Source of the DNA: Candidatus Gastranaerophilales bacterium | Lineage (GTDB): Bacteria; Cyanobacteriota; Vampirovibrionia; Gastranaerophilales; Gastranaerophilaceae | Assembly: GCA_944322545.1 (NCBI GenBank) | Contig: CALUPF010000036.1 | Location: 3,427-67,426 of the forward strand | Direction: 5' to 3' | DNA: 64,000 nucleotides | Part shown: positions 37,288 to 46,072 of the stretch, one piece after another | Layout of the letters: each line of letters starts with the position of its first letter | Numbering within the stretch: the first letter of the stretch is position 1 | Program-made: the position numbers and the translations under genes | Notes under the pieces: generated by a model | Databases searched by the model: none | What the model saw: only the letters and a program-made list of their open reading frames with translations | Told to the model about the DNA's origin: nothing

Positions 37288-38358
37288 TTATTGTGACTCT
37301 AACAAAATTTTTTTCATTGCATTATAGCTATTTGTATATAGTTGTCCATTTTGCTCTCTTGAGTCCACTCTTCCTATGAAATCTAGAAAAACATCTTCAG
37401 TAGTCTTTAATCCTGCCTTTTGCGCTGCTATTGTACATTTTTTTGTAAGTACCTTAGTAGCTGTCAGATAATCTTGTTTTTCAGCAGAATTCATCACATC
37501 ATAAAATCTTTCAAAATTAGGAAAATCTATAAGCGGACATATTAAATCATATTTTGAGTTGATATGTTCGTCAGGAGCATACTTATAAGCATCAATTATA
37601 AATAAATTTTTGTTTTTTAAATCAATCATGTAATTATTCGGGTTAAAACTATCCGCTTTATAGCCTTTATCATCAAGCAATTTTAGTTTTCTAGCATATT
37701 CGTCAAAAGCTTCCTGAGGAAATTTTGCAATATCTTTAACATCTTTTAAAAAAGCCTTTGCATCTTGCTGTTCAATTGGCAAGCCTTGTCTTCTATGCTC
37801 TGACCAATTTTTTATAGAATGTGGTTTAGCTTCAATCTTCTTCAAAATTTGTATGTTGTCACCAATTTTCGCTATTGGTTGACCCATATTATAACCATAA
37901 AATTCATCCGGTATTTGTGTTAAAGCTGAAGATAAATTATCTTCATAATTATAATTTACATCAACTTTTATTACCCAATTGTCTAACAATTTGTTATTAA
38001 ATCTATATACCTTTGAATTTTGACCTTTGCCAATAAGATTTGGTTCTATGCAATTTTTTAAAAAATCTTGTTGTGTTTTTACATTAGCTTCATTTAATCT
38101 TCCAGTTAATGCCGAAAAATTATAAAAAGCTTCATTGAATTGCTTAAATACATTTTTATTTTTTGTTTTTACAACATAAATAGCAGCACCTAAAACAGAT
38201 AAACAAGCTAAAGAAGCCCAAAGATAATTAGTTTTATCATTTTTAATGTGTTGATTAGACTTAAAGTTTTTGGGATTTGTACTATCTATCCCAAAATAAT
38301 TTTTTGTACCCTGAAAAACCAAATTATTTGGCTTTTGAGATATTTGAATAGAATGCAT
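37288..38358 (-). CDS. membrane-anchored protein-kinase-like fold protein
   Basis: N-terminal 45 aa, then TM (YLWASLACLSVLGAAIYVV). Next come a G-loop-like IGKGQNSKVYRF, WVIKV (VAIK-like Lys), YKADSFNPNNYMID (catalytic-loop-like D..N) and FIIDAY (DFG-like). Confidence 0.55.
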   Translation of the reverse strand: MHSIQISQKPNNLVFQGTKNYFGIDSTNPKNFKSNQHIKNDKTNYLWASLACLSVLGAAIYVVKTKNKNVFKQFNEAFYNFSALTGRLNEANVKTQQDFLKNCIEPNLIGKGQNSKVYRFNNKLLDNWVIKVDVNYNYEDNLSSALTQIPDEFYGYNMGQPIAKIGDNIQILKKIEAKPHSIKNWSEHRRQGLPIEQQDAKAFLKDVKDIAKFPQEAFDEYARKLKLLDDKGYKADSFNPNNYMIDLKNKNLFIIDAYKYAPDEHINSKYDLICPLIDFPNFERFYDVMNSAEKQDYLTATKVLTKKCTIAAQKAGLKTTEDVFLDFIGRVDSREQNGQLYTNSYNAMKKILLESQ

Positions 38359-38421
38359 TTTATAACCTTTAATTAAATTAAATTCAATTCAATAATAACA
38401 TAATGATCTAAAAAAGAATAT

Positions 38422-38760
38422 TTATTTTACTTTTTTCTTCAAATCACAGTATCTTTTAAAGTCCGTTCCCCAGCCTGCCATAACATCTAATATTGGAGCC
38501 ATGCTTAAACCAACATCTGTAAGGCTATATTCAACTTTAGGAGGCACTTGTGCAAAAACTTTTCTTGTAATCAACTCATCTTCTTCCATTTCACGAAGGT
38601 TGGCAGTTAAAACTTTTTGGGAACAACCTGTTGATTTTTTGATTTCTCCAAATCTTTTTGTACCAGCCAACAAATCCCTCATGATAAGAATTTTCCACTT
38701 ACAGCCTATTAAATTTAGCACTGTTTCAATAGGACATTTGCTAATTATATCTTCTCTCAT
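38422..38760 (-). CDS. HxlR-family transcriptional regulator
   Basis: CPIETVLNLIGCKWKILIMRDL..GTKRFGEIKKS...LTANLREMEEDELITRKVF..VPPKVEYSLT is the canonical HxlR pattern. Confidence 0.85.
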   Translation of the reverse strand: MREDIISKCPIETVLNLIGCKWKILIMRDLLAGTKRFGEIKKSTGCSQKVLTANLREMEEDELITRKVFAQVPPKVEYSLTDVGLSMAPILDVMAGWGTDFKRYCDLKKKVK

Positions 38761-38836
38761 TTTTACTGAAATACTCCTTGTAACCCAATTATATCACAAT
38801 AGTTTCCAAAAGGATATAAGTATCTAAATAAAAACA

Positions 38837-39286
38837 TTAATATCCCTGCATCATCATGTTTCTCAAAGGATTTGTTCTATCCATATAAATCGAAGCAGGA
38901 GTGGTAGTATCACCTGTGCCTTTAAGCTGTTTTTGTCTCAATTCTTCAAGATCATCATTGAGCTTTGTTTCTCTTTCATCGATTCTTTCAAAACAATCTT
39001 GTTTTTTATCTTCAGGGAAATTTAAACATACCTGAATAAATTTATCAAACTTCATTTTTCTGTCATTCCAATATTCAACTGCTTTGTTGTAATTTTGGAC
39101 TTGTTTTGGAATAGCAGGCAAAAATTTAACACGCTGCATTTGTTGATATTCCTCAGCTGTAACAACTTTGGCATTCAAGAACTTTTTAGGGCAATAATCT
39201 TCCCATACAGGAATTTTATAAACATCCTCAGCAATTGCAAATAAACCTAAACCTAATATCATCGTAGAAATTAATATTTTTTTCAT
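38837..39286 (-). CDS. secreted hypothetical protein
   Basis: Signal peptide MKKILISTMILGLGLFAIA. 5 nt downstream of the large membrane-protein gene. Confidence 0.55.
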   Translation of the reverse strand: MKKILISTMILGLGLFAIAEDVYKIPVWEDYCPKKFLNAKVVTAEEYQQMQRVKFLPAIPKQVQNYNKAVEYWNDRKMKFDKFIQVCLNFPEDKKQDCFERIDERETKLNDDLEELRQKQLKGTGDTTTPASIYMDRTNPLRNMMMQGY

Positions 39287-39291
39287 GGATT

Positions 39292-41061
39292 TTATTTCCT
39301 TTTATACAAAACAAACCTAACACCATCGTCAACTGCCGCATATGGCTTATAGTTGTTTTTGATATAACCGCAAACTTTTTTTGCGTAATCACAAAAATCA
39401 CCAACATTAAACGGTGAATATGGAACATTGTTCATAATAAAATAATCAGGTGGATTTTTTTTGAAGTCAAATATTATTTTTTCTTCACCAAAAACCTGAA
39501 TATTAGCCGGTATCAAATAATAATATAAGTCATTAGACTTACGCTCTGACAAAAAGTTTATTATCGCACCTTCAGGCACTGAAACTATAACAGAGTCCTT
39601 TGACGTATATTGTTTTATAAAATGCACAAAATCATTTTGAGATTTGAACATATCCCTAACGTAAATTGTGCCACGTTGAGTAGAAACAGGGTATAACGGC
39701 TTTTCACCAATTCGCATAATGTTTGCTGAAAGATATGAAATCACAATCACAAAACACAAATTAATTATAGTTTTTTCGATAACAGTTTTGTTTGGGATAT
39801 TGATATAGGAATAAAAGAAAACCACAAAAGGAATAAACAATGCAGCTAAAGAAAAAGTCCCATAACATTCCGTTGTAATCCCTGAAATGCCTTTAATTGA
39901 AACAGATATTGCAGAAATCAAAAGGAAAATAAACATTTTTTGATTATCACTAATAATTGAAAAATCGAATTTGTTTTTTATTAATTTGCAAACAAAAACT
40001 CCAAACAAAATAACTAAACAAATAACTCCACAAAGCCCTAACCAACAAAATAACCTTTCACTCATCGGCAAAAATCTGTCAAATGACTTTATGGAAACAA
40101 AAAACGTTAAAAGAAAAATAACAACATTCAAAAATACTTTTAAGAATTTGTTTTCAAAATATTTTTCATTGATAAAATTTAAAGCAAAAAAGATTAAAAC
40201 ATAAGGCAAAGCAACAAATAATAATCTGTAAAGATAATAAAATGAAAGCTTTATATAAAAAGGGTTAAAATAAAGACCATAAGCATTATAAAAATACTCA
40301 ACAACAGGCGCATGCACGAGCTTGTTTATTAAATCTAACGCATTTAAAAAATCACCAACAGTCGCGCCCTGTAACAGTAATATCCCAAAAGAAATACAAG
40401 GAAAAATCATAAAAAAGCCAAATGCTTCAATATATTTTTTCCAATCTTTTTTTTCTTTTAAAACAAAAGGCAAACTAATGAACAATAAAATAAAATATGG
40501 AAGATTTTCAATCTTATTCGCAAAAGAAAATCCTGCAAACAAAAAACCTAAAAATAAATATCTTGTTTTTTGATTTTTTATATACAAAAGCATACTAAAA
40601 AGCGAAAGCAAAAATCCTGACAATGCATATATGGCAGAATATGAGTAAGCAAAAATAAAATTAAAAAATGTTCTTATATAAACACAAACTGAAATTGTCA
40701 AAAAAGTAATAGCAAGAGAAAGCTTTTTAGGAACAAAAAGCTTTGAAATGAAATATGTAGAAAAACATATAATCAGGGAATTTAAAAAGCCCATAAAATA
40801 GAGCGTATCAAGCTTTATACCTAAAATCATATAAGCTAAAGCATTAATCTGATAGCCTAAAGGACCATAGACATTAAAAATATCTTTATACAAAACCTTG
40901 CCACTTAACATTTGCCAAGGAATATAAGCTTCACGTCCCACATCAACTAAATAAGCATCTTGTTTTCCGAAAAATATAAAAAAACATAATAAAGAAAAAG
41001 CAAAAATAAAACCAAGCTCTTTCAAATCAAATTTTTTTGCAAACTCTATAAACTTTTCCAT
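39292..41061 (-). CDS. GT-C-fold (ArnT/PMT-like) polytopic membrane glycosyltransferase candidate
   Basis: More than 12 predicted TM segments. First-loop acidic motif DVGREAYIPWQ...GKVLYKDIFNVYGPLGY resembles the GT-C first-loop signature. C-terminal soluble domain. Confidence 0.55.
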   Translation of the reverse strand: MEKFIEFAKKFDLKELGFIFAFSLLCFFIFFGKQDAYLVDVGREAYIPWQMLSGKVLYKDIFNVYGPLGYQINALAYMILGIKLDTLYFMGFLNSLIICFSTYFISKLFVPKKLSLAITFLTISVCVYIRTFFNFIFAYSYSAIYALSGFLLSLFSMLLYIKNQKTRYLFLGFLFAGFSFANKIENLPYFILLFISLPFVLKEKKDWKKYIEAFGFFMIFPCISFGILLLQGATVGDFLNALDLINKLVHAPVVEYFYNAYGLYFNPFYIKLSFYYLYRLLFVALPYVLIFFALNFINEKYFENKFLKVFLNVVIFLLTFFVSIKSFDRFLPMSERLFCWLGLCGVICLVILFGVFVCKLIKNKFDFSIISDNQKMFIFLLISAISVSIKGISGITTECYGTFSLAALFIPFVVFFYSYINIPNKTVIEKTIINLCFVIVISYLSANIMRIGEKPLYPVSTQRGTIYVRDMFKSQNDFVHFIKQYTSKDSVIVSVPEGAIINFLSERKSNDLYYYLIPANIQVFGEEKIIFDFKKNPPDYFIMNNVPYSPFNVGDFCDYAKKVCGYIKNNYKPYAAVDDGVRFVLYKRK

Positions 41062-41126
41062 ATAAATTGTGTTCTCCTGCTATTTTGATTATACTATGAA
41101 TTGGAATAGCACGAGGTAAAAGAAGA

Positions 41127-41915
41127 ATGATAAACAATAAAAAAGTCGTAGTAATCATGCCTGCATACAATGCAGAAAAAACGCTAGAACAAACCTATAA
41201 TGAGCTTTATAGAGATATTGTTGATGAAATCATTCTTGTTGATGACAACTCATCAGATAAAACCAAAGAAGTTGCAAAAAAGCTTGGAATAACAACCATC
41301 GTGCATGATAAAAACAAAGGTTATGGCGGCAATCAAAAAACTTGTTATACAGCTGCTTTAAAAACCAATGCAGATATCGTAATTATGGTGCATCCAGATT
41401 ATCAATACACACCAAAACTCGTTCCTGCAATGGCCACGATGCTTGCATTCGATGAATATGATGCTTGCATAGCCTCAAGATTCATCGGTAAAGGTGCGTT
41501 AGAAGGTGGAATGCCAAAATATAAATTCATCGCAAACAGATTTCTAACTTGGTTTCAAAACACACTATCAGGTGAAAGGTTGACTGAATATCACACAGGT
41601 TTTAGAGCTTTTTCAAAACAGGTATTAGAAACATTGCCATTAAAAGATTGCGATGACGATTTTATTTTTGACAATGAAATGCTAGCTCTAATTTTTTATA
41701 AAGGATACACAATTGGACAAATCAGCTGCCCTACAAAATACTTCCCTGATGCTTCTTCAATAAACTTTTTAAGAAGCTGCAAATACGGACTTGGAGTTAT
41801 GAAAGTAAGTATTCTTTACGCTCTTGCTAAAGCAGGAATTTATAAATCCAAAATTTTTAAGAAAAACGCTAAAACTTTGGATAAAAATGAAGAATTACCT
41901 TATTTTCAAGGTTAA
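41127..41915 (+). CDS. GT2 polyprenol-phosphate glycosyltransferase (DPM1/ArnC/GtrB-like)
   Basis: VVIMPAYNAEKTLEQT, LVDDNSSDKT, HPDYQY (DxD-type region). Length of about 260 aa. Confidence 0.85.
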   Translation: MINNKKVVVIMPAYNAEKTLEQTYNELYRDIVDEIILVDDNSSDKTKEVAKKLGITTIVHDKNKGYGGNQKTCYTAALKTNADIVIMVHPDYQYTPKLVPAMATMLAFDEYDACIASRFIGKGALEGGMPKYKFIANRFLTWFQNTLSGERLTEYHTGFRAFSKQVLETLPLKDCDDDFIFDNEMLALIFYKGYTIGQISCPTKYFPDASSINFLRSCKYGLGVMKVSILYALAKAGIYKSKIFKKNAKTLDKNEELPYFQG

Positions 41916-41927
41916 TAGGTGTTTTTA

Positions 41928-43373
41928 ATGATTAGCTTTTTAAAAAATCTTATACAAAAACCTGAAAAATTATTTCTTTTTATAGTAATTTTTTGGGGAG
42001 TATTATTAGTTTTTATAAACCCACCATTTCAAAATTTCGATGAGCCTGAGCATTTTTATAAGATTTATGCATTTTCTGATGGAACAATGAACTTTAAAAA
42101 AATTACGTCATACACTGATGGAATGTTTTATTTTGACACGCCCAAAACATTCTCAGCTCAGGTAGTTCCAATTAGTATTGTACAGCTTGTTGTACAAAGC
42201 AAAAGAATGAACCCATACTTTGATGAAAATAAAATTTATAATGAAGGCACAAAAACAAGCCTAAAAGAGATCCTAAACTCTTCACAAATAAAACTTGATA
42301 AACACCTAAAAACAATTATCATACATCCTATACCATCTTATACGATATTTTCTTACATTTTATCTGTGGCTGTAATGTTTTTATTGAAACTTTTGAATAT
42401 CAACCCACTTTTTATGATGTATATAATGAGACTATGTTCTTTGTTTTTGTACACAGGATTAATATATTACGCAATAAAAATCATGCCTGTAAAAAAATAC
42501 TTGCTTTTATTTATTGCAACAATGCCTGTTTGCTTGTACCTTTCAGGTGCTATTAACACAGACTATATGATAATAGGTCTTTGTTTTCTATTTACCGCCT
42601 ATTGTTTAAAACTAGCATTTTCTGATAACACTCAACAAATTTCTAAAAAACAGATTCTATTTTTATACACACTAGCTTTGCTTATATGTATTAGCAAATT
42701 TGTATACTTACCAATAATATTTTTATTTTTCATAATTCCAAGCGAAAAATTCAAATCTCCAAAAATTAAAATTCTAAATTTTCTTGTATTATTTTTATTA
42801 TCATCAATTACTATTTTGTCGATCATATCTTTCAACATGCATATTTTTAAAGATATATTTTCTTATTACAATCCTCAAAATGCAATGCAGTCGATATCTT
42901 ATACACTAAAACATCCTTTTGCATTTATATCATCTCTTTGGAAAACAATTTGTTTTTATGGCACAACTTATTTAAAAAATTCAATATCAGACTTTGGTTT
43001 CTCTGATGTAAAAATACCATCACTAATTATTTACTTTTATCTGCTATTACTTACTTTGCTTGGATTAGAAAAAGAAAATAATCACAGCCAAATTGATATA
43101 AAAACTAAAATTTTATTTATTGTTATATTCCTAGTTAGCCTGCTCATAACATTTTTGGCTGATTATATAAATTTTGCGCTAGAACCAAACGGATATATTT
43201 CAGGTTTCAAAGGAAGATATTTAATCCCTGTTTATCCTTTGCTATTTTTGATTTTGTTTAATTCAAAAATATTATTTGAAAAAATCAAACCTATATGGCT
43301 AATTTGGGGATATCACACATTTTTCATGGTGATATTTATCTCATCAATTATATGCAGATATTATAATTTCTAG
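41928..43373 (+). CDS. DUF2142-like polytopic membrane protein (putative GT-C-type transferase)
   Basis: First-loop motif FQNFDEPEHFYK matches the DUF2142 PDE..H signature. About 11 TM segments. GTG at 41919 or ATG at 41928, 4-13 nt after the GT2 stop. Confidence 0.6.
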   Translation: MISFLKNLIQKPEKLFLFIVIFWGVLLVFINPPFQNFDEPEHFYKIYAFSDGTMNFKKITSYTDGMFYFDTPKTFSAQVVPISIVQLVVQSKRMNPYFDENKIYNEGTKTSLKEILNSSQIKLDKHLKTIIIHPIPSYTIFSYILSVAVMFLLKLLNINPLFMMYIMRLCSLFLYTGLIYYAIKIMPVKKYLLLFIATMPVCLYLSGAINTDYMIIGLCFLFTAYCLKLAFSDNTQQISKKQILFLYTLALLICISKFVYLPIIFLFFIIPSEKFKSPKIKILNFLVLFLLSSITILSIISFNMHIFKDIFSYYNPQNAMQSISYTLKHPFAFISSLWKTICFYGTTYLKNSISDFGFSDVKIPSLIIYFYLLLLTLLGLEKENNHSQIDIKTKILFIVIFLVSLLITFLADYINFALEPNGYISGFKGRYLIPVYPLLFLILFNSKILFEKIKPIWLIWGYHTFFMVIFISSIICRYYNF

Positions 43374-43987
43374 CATTTATTAGCTTTCATTTCATAATAC
43401 TGATCGATTTTGCCATTTTTGTAGCTTTTATGGTTGTTAATTGCCATTACCGCAACTCCTGTAACTAAAGCGATTAGACCACTAGCTTTATAATGAGCTG
43501 GCACATTAGCAAATTTTGTTGCCATTTCTTTTAGATATTTTTTAAATGGCTTAAACAAAGCTTTGTCTCCAAACTTAAATTGAGAAAGAACGAAATTTTT
43601 ACCTTTAGACAACCATTTTTTAACTGTTGAAACTACTCCATTCGATTTTTTAAAGGTTTTGCCTAAATGGTCTTTTAAATAAGTTTTAGTCCCTTCAACA
43701 GAATCTTTGATAAATTTATTAGTCTCAGGACAATTTCCTGTCATAAAATTAACAGCTTTAGTTAAATACTCTCCAGTTTTTTTAACTATTTTAGACTCCG
43801 GATGTTTCACAACATTATAAACACCAACAGCTCCAGCAGCTAATAATACAGTTGAAGCTGTATTGTGAATTGCTTTATTTTTAACTCTTGCTTTAAGCTT
43901 CGCTTTTTTATCATCAAAATTATTTTTTGAAGTACAAAAATCATAAAATTCAGGAGCCATAGCCATAGGACCAAAACCCATTGTCAT
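43370..43987 (-). CDS. hypothetical basic protein with two TM segments
   Basis: ORF only. TM-like segments (TVLLAAGAVGVYNVV; GLIALVTGVAVMAI) read from the translation. Confidence 0.45.
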   Translation of the reverse strand: MTMGFGPMAMAPEFYDFCTSKNNFDDKKAKLKARVKNKAIHNTASTVLLAAGAVGVYNVVKHPESKIVKKTGEYLTKAVNFMTGNCPETNKFIKDSVEGTKTYLKDHLGKTFKKSNGVVSTVKKWLSKGKNFVLSQFKFGDKALFKPFKKYLKEMATKFANVPAHYKASGLIALVTGVAVMAINNHKSYKNGKIDQYYEMKANKC

Positions 43988-44068
43988 AAATTTACCGCCT
44001 TCTATTCACTTTTTTAAATTGCACAATAAAACACTTACACTCATGTAAAAACGATTTGAAAAGAAATG

Positions 44069-44097
44069 TTGACTTTTTATAGACAAATGTCTATAAT
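44069..44097 (+). promoter_or_regulatory. consensus sigma-70 promoter of lexA (predicts a leaderless mRNA)
   Basis: TTGACT-17 nt-TATAAT. The -10 element ends 6 nt before the ATG at 44104. No Shine-Dalgarno sequence is possible. Confidence 0.7.
44078..44095. promoter_or_regulatory. 18-bp perfect palindrome, candidate LexA operator
   Basis: TATAGACA-AA-TGTCTATA, located between the -35 and -10 elements and overlapping the -10. Confidence 0.5.
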
Positions 44098-44103
44098 ATA
44101 AAT

Positions 44104-44691
44104 ATGTTAAATCAAAACCTCAGTAATAAACAAAAAAACTTTTTTGATAACCTCAAAAAAGCATATGGAAAAGAGCCTCTTCCGAGTTTTGAAAAAATTG
44201 CATCAGACTTCGGCTTCAAACATAAAAACTCAGTTTGGCAGTATTTCAATAAACTCAAAGAACAGGATCTAATTAAAGAAAAAAACGGAAAATTCTTTAT
44301 TAATCCTGAGTGCTTCGGTGCTATTCTTTTCACATCTTCTGTAAGAGCTGGTTTTGCAACAGTTGCAGAAGACTCTATTGAAAAAAGAATCTCACTTGAT
44401 GAAAACTTTGATTTAGACAATCCATCAACTTTTGTCTTCAATGTTTCCGGAGATTCTATGGTAAATGCAGGAATTTTCGATGGAGATAAAGTAATAGTTA
44501 AAAAAACACCCTACGCAAAAAATGGTGATATAGTTTTAGCATTTATTGATAATGGCTATACATTAAAAACCTATCGACAAAAAGATGGAAAAGTATGGCT
44601 ACAACCAGAAAATCCAGAATACCCGATTATAGAACCTAAAGAAGTTTTGACTATATTCGGTGTTGCTACTGGGATTGTAAGACAATTATGA
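44104..44691 (+). CDS. lexA: LexA-type S24 repressor
   Basis: N-terminal wHTH (LSNKQKNFFDNL...PSFEKIASDFGFKHKNSVWQYFNKLKEQDLI), Ala-Gly cleavage site (VRAGF), catalytic SGDSM and Lys (TLKTY). Confidence 0.85.
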   Translation: MLNQNLSNKQKNFFDNLKKAYGKEPLPSFEKIASDFGFKHKNSVWQYFNKLKEQDLIKEKNGKFFINPECFGAILFTSSVRAGFATVAEDSIEKRISLDENFDLDNPSTFVFNVSGDSMVNAGIFDGDKVIVKKTPYAKNGDIVLAFIDNGYTLKTYRQKDGKVWLQPENPEYPIIEPKEVLTIFGVATGIVRQL

Positions 44692-44714
44692 AATATCCTT
44701 CCTAATAAAATAAC

Positions 44715-44780
44715 AGCGGGACACTCATCTAAGTTTAAAATGCAGATCAGTTACAGGTACGTCCCGCTTTTCTTTTTCTC
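44715..44780 (+). terminator. GC-rich 8-bp stem with a 38-nt loop followed by a T-rich tract (possible weak terminator/attenuator)
   Basis: AGCGGGAC ...38 nt... GTCCCGCT TTTCTTTTTC, between lexA and the polymerase gene. Confidence 0.3.
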
Positions 44781-44803
44781 CATATAAATAAAAAGGTCAA
44801 ATT

Positions 44804-46015
44804 ATGTCAGAAATAGCGCTTGTAGATTGCAACAACTTTTTTGTTTCATGCGAACAATTAATGAATCCAACTCTTAAAAATCGTCCCGTATGTGTTTTAA
44901 GCAACAATGACGGATGTATAATTGCACGTTCAAATGAAGCTAAAGAAATTGGAATTCCAATGGGATATCCTCTTTTTAAAGCTAAAAAAGAATTTAAAAA
45001 TGTAATTTATATCTCAAAAAATTTTGGGTTATATCATGACATATCAAATAGAATTATACAAAAACTCATGAGCTACACTCCAGATGTTGAACAATATTCA
45101 ATAGATGAAGCTTTTTTGGATTTAACAGGATTAAAAAAATTATATAGACAACCCTATGAAGAAATTCTAAAAAAAATCAAAAATGAAATTATGGAAGATA
45201 TTGGTATTCCTGTCTCAATAGGTCTTGCGCCGACAAAAACACTTGCAAAATTAGCTTGTGAAAAAGCTAAAAAAGATAAAAGTTTAAATAACATACTTAG
45301 AATAAAAAATAGAGATATTGATGAAATTCTAAAAAAAACTTATATAGAAAATATTTGGGGAATTGGTAAAAATACAACAGCGCTTTTTCATAAATATGGA
45401 ATTTATAAATGTAGTGATATAGTCAAACAAAATGAATTCTGGCTAAAAAAAATATGGGGGAAAAGGGGTATAGAGCTAAAAATGGAATTAACAGGAATCA
45501 GTGCATATCCTGTAATAAGCAAAATTGAATTACCTAAGTCAATACAAAAAACAAGCGCATTTAGTCATTTTACAAATGATGCTAACTATATAAAAGACTC
45601 ATTACATTATCATTCTCATCAGGTTTGTTCAAAACTAAGAAAACTAGGACTACAATCAGAAATAATTTATGTGATGTTGAGAACAAAAGACTTTAGAGTT
45701 TTTACAGAAAAAATGGTTCTTCCTGAAGCCTCAGACAGCGAATTTTTAATAAATCAGTACATAGACCAACTTTTCGAAAAACTTTATTGCCCTGATATTA
45801 TTTATCGTTCCTCTGGAATATTTGCCGAAAAATTAGTTGAAAAAGCAAATTCTCAACTAACGCTTTTTGAAAACCCCAAAAACCAAAAAGCAGAAAAACT
45901 TGCTCAACTATGGGATAACTTTGAAAAAAAATATGGAAAAAACAGTTTCCAAATAGGTACGATAAAAGATCCTCAAGAAGAAAATAAAATACATGGACAA
46001 AACTTCTTCTCATAA
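44804..46015 (+). CDS. umuC: Y-family translesion DNA polymerase, UmuC-like
   Basis: IALVDCNNFFVSCEQ...RPVCVLSNNDGCIIARSNEAKEIGIPMG closely parallels E. coli UmuC FALCDVNAFYASCE...KPVVVLSNNDGCVIARNAEAKALGVKMG. Confidence 0.85.
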   Translation: MSEIALVDCNNFFVSCEQLMNPTLKNRPVCVLSNNDGCIIARSNEAKEIGIPMGYPLFKAKKEFKNVIYISKNFGLYHDISNRIIQKLMSYTPDVEQYSIDEAFLDLTGLKKLYRQPYEEILKKIKNEIMEDIGIPVSIGLAPTKTLAKLACEKAKKDKSLNNILRIKNRDIDEILKKTYIENIWGIGKNTTALFHKYGIYKCSDIVKQNEFWLKKIWGKRGIELKMELTGISAYPVISKIELPKSIQKTSAFSHFTNDANYIKDSLHYHSHQVCSKLRKLGLQSEIIYVMLRTKDFRVFTEKMVLPEASDSEFLINQYIDQLFEKLYCPDIIYRSSGIFAEKLVEKANSQLTLFENPKNQKAEKLAQLWDNFEKKYGKNSFQIGTIKDPQEENKIHGQNFFS

Positions 46016-46050
46016 AAAAGCGAGCCACTAATTATAATGACTCGCTTTAA
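46014..46050. terminator. bidirectional hairpin between convergent umuC and pyk
   Basis: AAGCGAG...CTCGCTT with a 16-nt loop, flanked by an A-run and TTT. Confidence 0.5.
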
Positions 46051-46072
46051 TACTTTAAATTTCGACTTCTTT

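Noticed and set aside
38501-39428. ORFs 38501-38827 (+) and 39228-39428 (-)
   Set aside because: They are antisense to or overlapping the HxlR gene and the GT-C-like / secreted-protein genes, with no independent support.
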